The notes under the pieces: model-generated
The model's input: only the letters and a program-made list of their open reading frames with translations
Databases searched by the model: none
What the model was told of the DNA's origin: nothing
Shown here: positions 10,908-21,510 of the stretch, one piece after another
Layout of the letters: each line of letters opens with the position of its first letter
Position numbering within the stretch: the first letter of the stretch is position 1
DNA from: Rhodosorus marinus CCMP1338
Taxonomy: Eukaryota; Plantae; Rhodophyta
Direction of reading: 5' to 3'
Assembly (NCBI GenBank): GCA_029953675.1
Contig: JAMWBK010000003.1
Span: 992,001 to 1,056,000 of the forward strand
DNA: 64,000 bases
Program-made: the position numbers and the translations under genes

Positions 10908-13257
10908 TCATTTCCAACCGCCTCTGCGCGAGGTTACCACATGAGCTGACATCTCGTACAGAAGCACCGTCAGGAGCATGGTGGTTGTGGATATGTAAAG
11001 TAGGTGGCCGTGCGTTTCTCCGGAGTCGCGTTGCGGAGAAACCTGATTTCTCGCAATCAACCAGTACAGGGAGAGACCTTCTAGAAGCGAGACGAATATG
11101 TACAAGGTCCCTCGCAACCTAGACAGCACGGTATGTGAGACGTGGATCCTTGCTCGTTGTCCGAATGTCGGCGGAATTTGTGCTTACCGGAAAGCGATCG
11201 CTATTAACTCAGAGGCTACGACTGCCATTGCCGGGTACCTTGAGACCGACTCGTCTAAACTCAAGGAGAGAACCAGAACAGACTGCGAGATCAAAGGCAA
11301 GGAGCAGATTCAGTTCAGGAGCACGGTCATCCCCCCCGGCTCGTGTTTTTCGAGGACAATGGGCACACCTTCGCCAGTGCGAACGCCAGATGGGCGATAA
11401 CGTTCATGTTCTCGATGTTCTTCACCAGCAAAAGTCCTCTATCGCCCACTGAGACCTCCAGTGTTCTTGTGACGGCTTCCGACAAAGCTTGGTCCTGCTC
11501 AGGCTCCGGGGCAAGATCTCCGTCTAATAGCAGTGGTACGGGTTCAGACGGTACGTGTTCAAGACTGTAATTGCGTATGTGGCGAGCTTGATCTGCACTG
11601 CTTCTCGGGCTCAGCAGTGGAGATACGGAGAAACTCCCGTTTCGATTTGCACTGGATGCTACAACCTCGAGCAGTTGCTGCGTTGTCGGTCGATTAGCAG
11701 GATCTCGCACCATCATCGACCTGATAAGTACGCCCAACTCTGTGCTCCTGTTGATCCCCCCCATTTCAACGGGGAGTCCGTTAAAACTCAGTATTTCATC
11801 GGTTAGCTCCTTGACGTTGGTCGCGTTAGACCTCCAGGGCAGCTTTGAGTAGGTCAGTTGGTACAGAACAACCCCAAGAGACCAAATGTCGCAGCGCTGA
11901 TTGTACTGGTAGTAGTACAAGCCATCTTCTGACACCTCAAGCAATTCTGGAGCCTAGAGTGAGAACGGTTCGTATTGCCAAATAGGTCGGATGAGATTCT
12001 CAGAGACCGCAAAACATCGCAAAGATATGCTGTTGGGTTTTCGAATCGATGGAAACGCTTACCACAAACTCCATGGTACCTGTGTATCCTGTTCGATGAT
12101 ACCCTTCGATCCTCGACAGGAACTCGCACTCTCCAAAGTCCGACAGGAGAACCCTAGGCAGTGAGCTGTTCTCCTCAATGTGTAGCAACAGGTTCTGCGG
12201 TTTTATATCCCTGTGGACAATCCCATGATTGTGAAGATGGTCCAATCCGGAGAGAATGTCCACCAAGAAATGCCAGATTAGGCTCTCTGGTAGGACCCTC
12301 ACGGCTGCGCCAGCAGCATTGGACTCAGCTCTGGATCCTTCAGCATCCAGGCTCATCCTTTTAAGCTTCCGGAGAAGACGTCGTCGCTTCATAGATCGAT
12401 GGTAAATCTGTTTGGGTTTGAGAAGCGACTCGTCATCACTGGACGACTCTGAATCGGTGCTCAGCATATACTGAGCGAGATTTCCAGAGTTCGCGTACTC
12501 CGTGAGGACGAACAAGCACGGAACAGCAACACCGAAATCGCAAAGCTTAGCCTTCTCCAACCAAGTGTGCTTGTATTCAATGATGTTCGGGTGATGAAGT
12601 CCTTCCAACACCTTGACCTCCCTGAGAACGTTAACTAACCACTTGTGGTTGTCCCCGACTGAAATCTTCTTGACCGCATACATCCCCAGGTGCACGTTGT
12701 CCATGACATGCTGGCACAAAAACACGCTACCTCTGGAGCCGCTTCCGAGTCGCTTCTCCTCACGAAAAAATCGCTCGTAATATCCTTCATTCAGGGAATC
12801 CGCTCCCAATCGAGATGGATCTTCGACGGGCGGTACACTGAGTTTTTTCCAAAAGGATTGGGAAGGGAACTTAGCCAAAGTGCAAGCTTTTCTCGGAGTC
12901 CGTTGAAGCAGAAAGTACGTACCTTGTTTCCTGACCCTGAATGCTCAGCTGAAGCAACCGAAAATAGTCACTCGCCATAAACCGTTTGGCCACGTTCTCC
13001 TCCTCGGGTCGAAGCGTGGGTTTTCGGCGCAAACTGCTTTCCGAGCCACATAATGGGCACGGAGCTCCATTCTCAGGTTTGCTACTGAGAATCCGAACAG
13101 GTTTGGGTGCCTGCCTTTCAACCTCACCATTCACCACCAGCTTGTTATTTTCAGAATTATACAGTACAACCCTTCTATCATCTTCGTTCCGAAGAATCAC
13201 CTGCCAATTGTCCTTCCTCTCCTCATCATCACCGCCATTCCCCCCCGTCATGCTCAC
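10908..13257 (-). CDS. IKS1-like Ser/Thr protein kinase with a hydrophobic C-terminal tail (5 exons)
   Basis: N-terminal WQVILR..VVLYN and CPLC; GYYERFF.EEKRLGSGSRGSV; YAVKK; HRDIKPQNLL; SDFGE; GYTGTMEF; CDIWSLGVVLY. Terminal exons (about 11195-11286 and 10908-11125) add hydrophobic helices. Confidence 0.88.
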
Positions 13258-13845
13258 GAAAAAAATTTCTTCAACGGTCGACCATCTATTTTCACACTTA
13301 AAACCTCAAATCTCATCAGAACACTAGTCCCTCTTCACAAAACATAATATACTCCCAAACACAAAAACACTCAAAACTCCAAAAATATCATTTCCAAAAT
13401 GTTCCCTCACTTCCTCCTCATCCACAGTCTCCTTCTCTCAGTGCTCCCAATCCAAACACCTCCAAACAGCAGAGACTCTCGCCATCCTCCTCCTCAAATG
13501 CTCCTCAATACCGTTCCTCCCTGACCCTAAAAAAGTCGCCATTCTTCCATCCCCAAATGTTGTCCGTACGTTCAATCCCAAAATTACTACAAAACAATAC
13601 TGAATCTCTTTTAACAAAAATTCCCACGATAAGATACACTTTTAGATATGATCTGAAAAAAATTGAAAGATAGAACTTTTTAGATTAGAACGAGAATTTT
13701 CTGGTACGAAGAGTATGGCATGATTTAATTGGATGTTTGTTTTATGGAATGGATTAATTTTTTAGATTGTAAAATTGTTTTTGAGGTGAGATGCTGCGTT
13801 TTGGAGGTTCTTGATGAAGGCTTTTCGTATGGGGAACGAGCGGGG

Positions 13846-15319
13846 ATGGGAACCGCAGATGGGGGGAGGGCGGAGAAAGAGTTGGATGATGAAGGAAAGG
13901 AATGTGAATGGGTTGAAAAAAAAAATTCAATGGAAATATCAAGCCTTGATCAAGGAAAGCGTGTGTATAATGATCCAGTAGATGGGTTTCTGCGACGGGC
14001 AAATTCAAGGGAGGAGGCGGCAAACCTGCTTAGCAGTTTGAACCCTATAACTCCTGATGTGGTGACGATCGATTCTATAAAGTATCTTGCGTCTTCTCTG
14101 GCTTGGGGTGCTGTTTTGGAGGCTTCCGGTTCCATCCTTCATGGCGATGTCCAGCTGGATATTAACACGAAACTGGAGGTCATCACGTTTCGGATTGCCG
14201 CGATGATGCAAACTCGACAGTTCGATCGCGCTGCCGAGCAAGTATCAGCGATTAGGGAGGATATGCGTAAATACTTCCTCGAAGCGTCGGACGGGCTTTG
14301 TGAAAATCGAGAGAATACCTACGTACCATTCGAGTTAAAGGCGCTGAGTGTGGATATCCTCGCACGAAAAGGATCCCCAAAAGCTCTAGAAGCCTTCTAC
14401 GAGCTCAAAGATCACATCAAGATCCAGCACAAAGCCTGTTCGGAGAGGTAGACCCGCCGCTGCTCGACTTGTGGCTGCCAGATTCCCGAATCGTTACGGA
14501 TTTCTTACAAACGTGCATATTGTTCACTTTAGGTCTGATGACGCTGGGGTGGCCGTCTGGCGAGCTAGAGAACAGTTGATATTGTCATCGCTCGCGGCTT
14601 ATCATCTTCGATCACAGAAAATAGACGCCGCGCTTGATACTGTTAGAGAGCTTATTCGGCATAATCCAGACTCCGCGGTCTACTGCTTCGTTCTGCTGAG
14701 GATGCTTGTCCTTTCGGGCAGCTTTTCAGCAGCGAGGGAGGTCCTCTCGAAAGCTGCCGAGTACCCTAACGTCACAGCAACTGAGATTCACATGCATCGA
14801 GGTATTGTTTTAGCCGCCGAGGTAGGGTACTCACGGAAGAAGCTGATGATGGCCGGTTCAGAACTCTAGTGGCAAGTTCCTGAAACGAAATCGATGCCTC
14901 GTTGCCCTCTTCAAACAATACTCCAGGGCTCGTTCGATGAAGCATTAGACGAGTTTGAGGGAGCGATTTTGCTATATTCAAGAAACACAGCTGCGGCCAA
15001 CAACGCGGCAATCTGCCTTCTTCATTTGGGAAGGATCGACGAGGCCATAGAAAAGCTGGTAAGCCTAGTGCGGACGAAAATGGTCTGCAGATGTCCCGGA
15101 CCGAGCTGATCCAGGAATTGTTCTACATGCTCATGTCCAAAGGAGGATACAATCCGCGCGGACCCAATTGTTGCTCTTGACGAAGGTCTTGTATTCAACT
15201 TATGCACATTGTACGATCTAAGCCAGCCAGATCGAGCGAAGGCTAAAAAGGTCGTCCTCAGGAAGCTGGCGGCAAGGTTTGGAAGACAGGGATTCAACAT
15301 GGAAGCGATAACTATTTAA
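13846..15319 (+). CDS. TRAPPC12: TPR protein, TRAPPC12/TTC15-like (start codon uncertain: 13846 or 13930)
   Basis: VPFELKAL; TPR AANNAAICLLHLGRIDEAIEKL; C-terminal LDEGLVFNLCTLYDLSQPDRAKAKKVVL..FGRQGFN matches the TRAPPC12 C-terminus. Three GT-AG introns. Confidence 0.8.
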
Positions 15320-15446
15320 CAGATCGTACTAAAAGGAAAAACGGCACATCTGTGAAGACTAGTGTTCAAGTGCTTCTAAATGCGGATGAGCTGTTGGAGA
15401 AGCCAAAACTTGTCAAAAAGTTTCCTAAACCCGGGCATCTAGGGAT

Positions 15447-16057
15447 TCACTCCTCAGAGCCGGCGTTGTTCTCGTCCCCATGGTTGAGATACTCGTCCGT
15501 GTCACCGAGGAAGGCTACAAGATGCTCTCTTTCAAACTTTTCAAAGTCCCATTCACCGTTCATATCATGGTATATAAACTGTCGTCCGACATAGACCTGA
15601 ACGGTACGCTCCTCGCCGGAATCAGCATCCCGAACCTGGCGGGGACATTGATGTTCCAGTAAGCAAAGCTCCGTCTTCTCGCTGAGGTTTGTAAAGCATC
15701 ACGCACCTTCTCCTCACGACGAAGGTATTCATCTGCTTCGAAGTAGTCGAGTTTAGATATCTCTGCGGCAGCAACAAGGATTACTCTTCCTCTTATAGAA
15801 CCATCCGGATCCGGTTTGATCGCGGGATACAGCCTACCATTGAGCCTGAATGAGAAGATTTTTACATCATGGTTAGCGCGTTTTGCTGTAGTTGCAGATC
15901 ACGTCATGATCTAAGAGCTTCATCAACTTTACCCAAACCTTCGATAACCGTTCAGGACGGCCTCGTACCCTTCCGGAACTCGATCAAGCACGCGAGCACA
16001 GACTTTTGGCGAGATCAGAGTCCCGTAGACAAATAAACCGATCTCTGGTTTGGACAT
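15447..16057 (-). CDS. AIG2-like / gamma-glutamylcyclotransferase-fold protein (3 exons; not recovered as a whole in the ORF track)
   Basis: MSKPEIGLFVYGTLISPKV..AVLNGYRR|FSLNGRLYPAI..GRV..LDYFEADEY.R|VRDADSGEERTVQVYV..GEWDFEKFEREHL. FVYGTL, YPAI, LD.FE and WDFE are AIG2-like hallmarks. Confidence 0.88.
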
Positions 16058-17200
16058 TTTGATCGGTATTCAAATACTTGTCCAAGTACCTTTGGCGTCG
16101 ACAAGACTCGATTCAACCTTCGCTCCATGCATCCTAGCTGGACCTCTTCATGTTATTTCCATGCAAAAAAAATTGGGATGAGAATCCGTGCGAAGCAGTT
16201 GAGCACTTTCGCTTTGAGGGGGTGACGAATGCTTCAGCAAAAGCCTATTCAGCTTTTTCTTTGTCTCCGATTTTGACTTTTGTTTTTCCAGTGACTGTAG
16301 ACCACTTCCCTGCAGCGCTTGTCGATGCCGTTGCCGTTGTGGAACCCCGTGTGTATTCTGCATTGAAATAGTCTCTAATGCTATGCATCACAATCAACTC
16401 GGCGGTTAAGCACGCTCGCTTTGAGGGGGTTAACGAATGCTCCAGCAAGACTCTAAACACTAGTATTCATGGCTACTCGGATGTTCATTTCCAATAGCCG
16501 TAGATCACCTACGAAGACCAAGAAGATGTGCTTCTTTTTAGCCCCTTTTTGATGCCGCTGAGGCTCACCTAGAGGACGGTTGGGCCATCCAAATGCTTTG
16601 CCTCTGTATTTCTCAGACGTGTGAAACGCCGAGGTCACTGACTGTCCGACGTTCAGCCGTCTCGGACACAATCTAGCGAATCCAGGTTCGTGAAAATCTT
16701 GATTAAACTGAGTGCCTTGTCCCGCAAATGCACCGCTTGAAGCGACGAGCTCACGACCAATGCTGAGAAACTACCGCGATAGATGAACAAACTAACCAGT
16801 CTCCGATCCGAGGAGTCGCATCAACTTCTAGAACGAACAAGAAGCTGTTCTAACAGACGTTAAGATTAAGCTGAAGCGCTCGGCGCCTTCCCTGCCAAGA
16901 CCAACCCTGCCAAGATTGTTATGGGAGCATTCGGAGCAACTTTTCTAGGCTTTTCTTTCTGAGGAAAGTGATGAGTCTGGACTGGTCTCCAACTCGACGG
17001 CGAGTTAGAATCTATAGAGTTTGGATTAAATCCACTGCTGACGCTGATATCCCCATTGCAACCTCCCTCTCTCACAGATGGACTGTGGAAGCCCTTCTGA
17101 TGGCCACTATGAATGTATATATTGAAGGTGAGGGTTTGGATTGTCGTTGGGTGAAGGAGAAGAGGAGAAGATAACAAGTCACTGACTAGTATGAGAGAGA

Positions 17201-17886
17201 ATGGCATTTTGCAGTATTACAGGGAAAAGTTTGAACGTGCTTGTGAAGACACGACGTTCAGTTGAGGTTTCATTAGTTGAGTCGAAGTGGAACTTGGCCA
17301 AGCTGGATGTTGATTCGATTCTTAAGGAGGTGGACAAAAAAATGAAAAAGCTCTCTGGGTATTCTACTTTCTGTTATGGTATCGATGTTCTAAAGCCTCT
17401 CTCCCTGTTTCTGGATTGATCGCGTTTTAGGTGAAGTTCAACTCTGATGGACTGGTGCCTGCTATTGCTCAGCAGTTCGATTCGGGTGAAGTTCTCATGA
17501 TGGCATGGATGACTGCTGAATCTATAAGAGAAACACTCAAGTCAAACCGTGCTGTGTATTACTCTAGGTAAGCTCTCATTCTTCGAAGTGGAACAAGATG
17601 CCCTTTGCGGCCTCACCGTCATCATCCTTTGTCTTCTGATGGTGAAATACCAAACCAATCTAGGTCGAGGAAGGAGCTTTGGCGGAAAGGGGATACGTCG
17701 GGTCAACATCAGCACGTTCACGACTTCAAAATTGACTGTGATGGAGATACTGTCCTTCTCACTGTAGATCAGCTGGGCGTCGCATGCCACACTGGCCGGC
17801 GCTCGTGCTTCTACCTTGGAGTTCGTGATAACGGTTTAGAGGAAATAGCGCCAGTAGTGATAGACCCGGATAAGCTGTATTCCTAA
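17201..17886 (+). CDS. hisI: Monofunctional phosphoribosyl-AMP cyclohydrolase (3 exons)
   Basis: DSILKE|[31 protein letters not shown]|[34 protein letters not shown], then stop with no HisE domain. Confidence 0.93.
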
Positions 17887-19281
17887 ACGCCCGCCCTTTA
17901 TTGGGGATTTTTCGCATTGAGGTTGCTATCGAAAGTATGCGGCCTCTTTCTCGTTCTCAAGAAGACTAATTTCAGGGTTGTGAATGTCCCAGCACGAGGG
18001 GTGAAAGATGAAACTGTTGTGAATGTACGATACATAGTTTCTCAAGACGGAAGTGCTTTCTTCTTGAATAGCTTAGAGCCTGAACAGCAACGCTTTTTTG
18101 GTGGCTCCCCCCAACTGAAGAGCTGGACGAGCTCCGACAGAGCCGAATGCGCTGTTCAGTATACCGCAGTCGTACGTTGTAAGGTCTTCCATTCTTGGAG
18201 TTTCTCAGATTTTCTTTTGCTGCTGAAACCACTACCAGTCTCCCCACGTCATCGGGATAGTCGCTACTACCTGATATGCAGCTGGCTAAGGCTTCCCGGC
18301 TCCCAAATTCTCGAGATCTGCATCGTTTATGAACAGCATGTCAGCTCTAGAAAAGCCCTGCTCTCCTGCCATCCACCCCAACACGGTTGAACTCCAATTC
18401 CAAAAAGCAGAAAATCTGCGGCACAAATTCGCCGCTATGGCAGTGTACCGACGACATCTGTTTCCCGACGGGATGAGGCCGGATTCGTTCAGGGACTGGG
18501 ACTCGGCAAAGGTAGACTAGCGGAATCGAGTGGGGCATGAGCAGCATTCATACTAGAGAACCTGCTCCAGTGCCACGATGCCGACTTGGAGAAAGTCGGT
18601 GTCACTCATCGGCTGGGAATGATGCTCCATGGTAGCCAACACACAAACGGCATCGGCATTAGCAGTGCACAGCTTTAATACAAAAAAGAATCCGCCGCCT
18701 TTTCTCTAAACCGGATTGCAGTCGACGTCCACTTTCCCCAAAGAGATAATCGATATCACCAACTGGTTGGATGGTATGGACCCTCACGGGGAAACTTGAT
18801 CTCACCATCGATGGATGAGGACTAGTTTCGGATCTCAAGGATATCAAACACATCACCGGAGTTTGTATCAGCCATGCGTATCCTTGACACTACAGAATTT
18901 GGTCCCTTGCCTCCAGGCCTGTCCACTTTCCTACTCGAGATGCCAGGGGTGCAGCGGACACTCTAAAAGAACCCGCGTCAGCGCAGACCCCGCTGGTCCT
19001 TTCCCCAAGACAAGTTCACTGTCCAAGGAGAGCCCTGCAGGCCAGTCCAGAGAAATCGATATGTCGTTATCGGACGATATTTATGCCTCCAATATATACA
19101 CAGCTCTTTTGTCCGTTGCCTTCTCGCCGGTGGGGCACTTTCATAGGAGAGAAAATCGATATCAGTCCCTTTGGAAGGTAACCATCCCCGACGTCCTTTC
19201 CAAGGCAGCTGACTCTCACATTATAGCAGCATCGCATCAGCAAAAGACCATAATTAGCATTATAGGGGTTGGTCAGACCAG

Positions 19282-19434
19282 TATCGTTTTTCTCTATTCT
19301 AGCAGGAGAGAAAAACGATATCGGGTTATCAGTTGGGATTGATGATGATGACCTTCCCGACGAAACATCAAATCCGATGGAGTTAACTCCACTCTTAACT
19401 CCATCGGATTTGATTGCGCCACCATCGATGGTGG
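19282..19434. repeat. Cluster of perfect inverted repeats (14-bp stem, 20-bp stem, 16-bp palindrome)
   Basis: TATCGTTTTTCTCT/AGAGAAAAACGATA (19282-19320); ATCAAATCCGATGGAGTTAA/TTAACTCCATCGGATTTGAT (19367-19414); CCACCATCGATGGTGG (19419-19434). Confidence 0.92.
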
Positions 19435-19471
19435 TGGGACTCTAGATTAAGATATTTTTATTAAGTAGGCA

Positions 19472-19620
19472 TTGAGGACAAGGCCTTTAGGGTTTTCGAT
19501 GACAGTAGTGAAATTTGTGCTGAGGTGGGAGTGCGTTTGTAAGGGATTTTGATGATCCTAGTGATTTTTTTTTTGCACTGAGGAGGGAGGGCGTTAGGGA
19601 TTTTGATGATCGTAGTGATC
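19472..19620. repeat. Degenerate tandem repeat of about 54 bp x3, upstream of the CDS-like gene
   Basis: AGGG.TTT.GATGA...TAGTGA cores at 19489, 19542 and 19596. Confidence 0.85.
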
Positions 19621-19720
19621 ACTTTTTAGAGTGAAGTGGGCCTTTTGGGTCTAATTAAGTGTTTTGAGGGTGGTTTTATAAGAACGACGATGATTAGCGA
19701 TCTAGAGGTGTAAGAAAGCA

Positions 19721-21042
19721 ATGATGGGGTTTGTTGCTGTGGGAGGTGGCCGCAGTGCTGGACTGAAGGAGTTGAGGTACTGCGGTAGGATTGTGACAGG
19801 AAAGGTTGAGGGTCAGAAGGTTTTGGATAGGCGCTGTTCGGGTGTCGTTAGAGCTGGTTTAGAAGAAGTAGAGGGAGAACAGCGGTTGGCACCATCTCCG
19901 CAGCCTGGGTCCGAGTTGGAATATGTGAGGAAGGCTGTTTTTGGTGAGTGGGTTTTCGTATTGGGCTTTTGAGTGAGGTTGGGACTGAATTCCGTTTGGA
20001 ACTCTATTGATGTCTGGCAGGTGTAATCGTATCGCTGCTCTTTCTAATATGGCCTCTGATGAATTCGGTTACATTTGCCGCGGTTTTAACGGCCCTTTGT
20101 GTCCTTGGGCAACACTACTACTATCGGACGGCAGAGTCACAGTCATACCTACCAGCTAGGCGAACGGGCCTAATCACAACTATGCTGATGATGTTTACGA
20201 TTATGTATGCACCTGCCTACTCAACTGCGGTGATCCCTATCTGTAGCACGTTGATCTGCTGCTATCTGCTGTTCCGCGAGAATCCCCGGATTGCAACCAT
20301 AGCAGATTTGTCGACCACTTTGGCTGGACTGTTCTACGCAGCGTAAGGAAGAAGACCTGAGCCATGACAGAGTATTGAGTATTTCTCGCTGATACATGGT
20401 ACTCGTCTACGCTCTTTGTCATTTCAGACTCCTTCCATCCTTTTACGTCCGACTGCACATGTTGGACTACCTGAGCTCCACCAGACTGCGTCTGTGGTTT
20501 GATGCTCATGGTGTTCACTCATTTCTCGGCTCGGTTCCAACCTCTGGCGCTCTCACCATTTTCATGACCTTCGTTGTTGGTGGGGCTTCTGACCTCATTC
20601 ACCGACTGACTGTGTTCCTGCTTCCCGAATTCAAGCAAAAAACTGCAGTGGGATACGCCATCTGGTAGGTTCGGTCTTTCCGGAGAACGAACAAGCTCTT
20701 TGTTTTACTGGAAACTTTGTTTTACTGGAAACACTAAGCTCTGTACTGTGGGCTCTGACGACTTTTACCATCCAAAAACTCAACAGGATTATCTGCAATA
20801 TGGCGCTCAACATGGCGACTGCCTATTTCCTTAGCTGGAGAAACTGGAAGATTTACGGAGTGATGTACGGTACTCTGTTTTCACTTTGTGGACTCATCGG
20901 TCGCCTAGCGGCCCCCATGTTTGAGCGGGCGGAAGAAGACGGAGAAGAAATCGTCTCCTACAGAAATATCTTTAAAAGAACGGATAGCTATATGTTCCTC
21001 GCTCCACTCGCGTATTACTTTGTGGTCTTGACGCAAAGTTAA
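19721..21042 (+). CDS. Plastid phosphatidate cytidylyltransferase (CdsA/CDS4-5)-like membrane protein with degenerate catalytic motifs (345 aa, 4 exons)
   Basis: Exons 19721-19943, 20021-20342, 20428-20664, 20787-21042 join in frame. IADLSTTLAGLFYAALLPSFYVRL and RTDSYMFLAPLAYYF align with plastid CDS. Transit-like start MMGFVAVGG. Confidence 0.82.
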
Positions 21043-21510
21043 AGGAAACGGTGTGCTGTTCCGTTTGAGAAACCCGTGGGCGGGGGGGAGGAAATCTGCT
21101 GGCTCTTGACCGCTTCATGTAGCATTCGATTTTCGCTCATGCGTATCTGAAGAAACGATTGGCGAAGACGGTAGGGAAGCTCAACCCTACTTGGATATCT
21201 AGTTCCAACGCAGTATTCTTTGACCAAGGAGAAAATTCATATTATCTTTTAACCCATGCAGAACCGAACGATACATAGGCAGCTTGAGCTCGGAGGTTTT
21301 CCTACTATCTTTGTCCCCCGAAGTATATACCATAAAGATATGCAAACAAAAAAAAAAACTATTCACCCCAAATCGACAGGTACTCATTCGTCTCCCATTT
21401 TGACCGGGACTCAAAACCCGTACCCACCAGATTCTTACGCATATGCTTCTCAGCATCGCAAACAAACCAATCATTATCCAAATCTCATTTCACAAACGTA
21501 CAGTCCCAAA

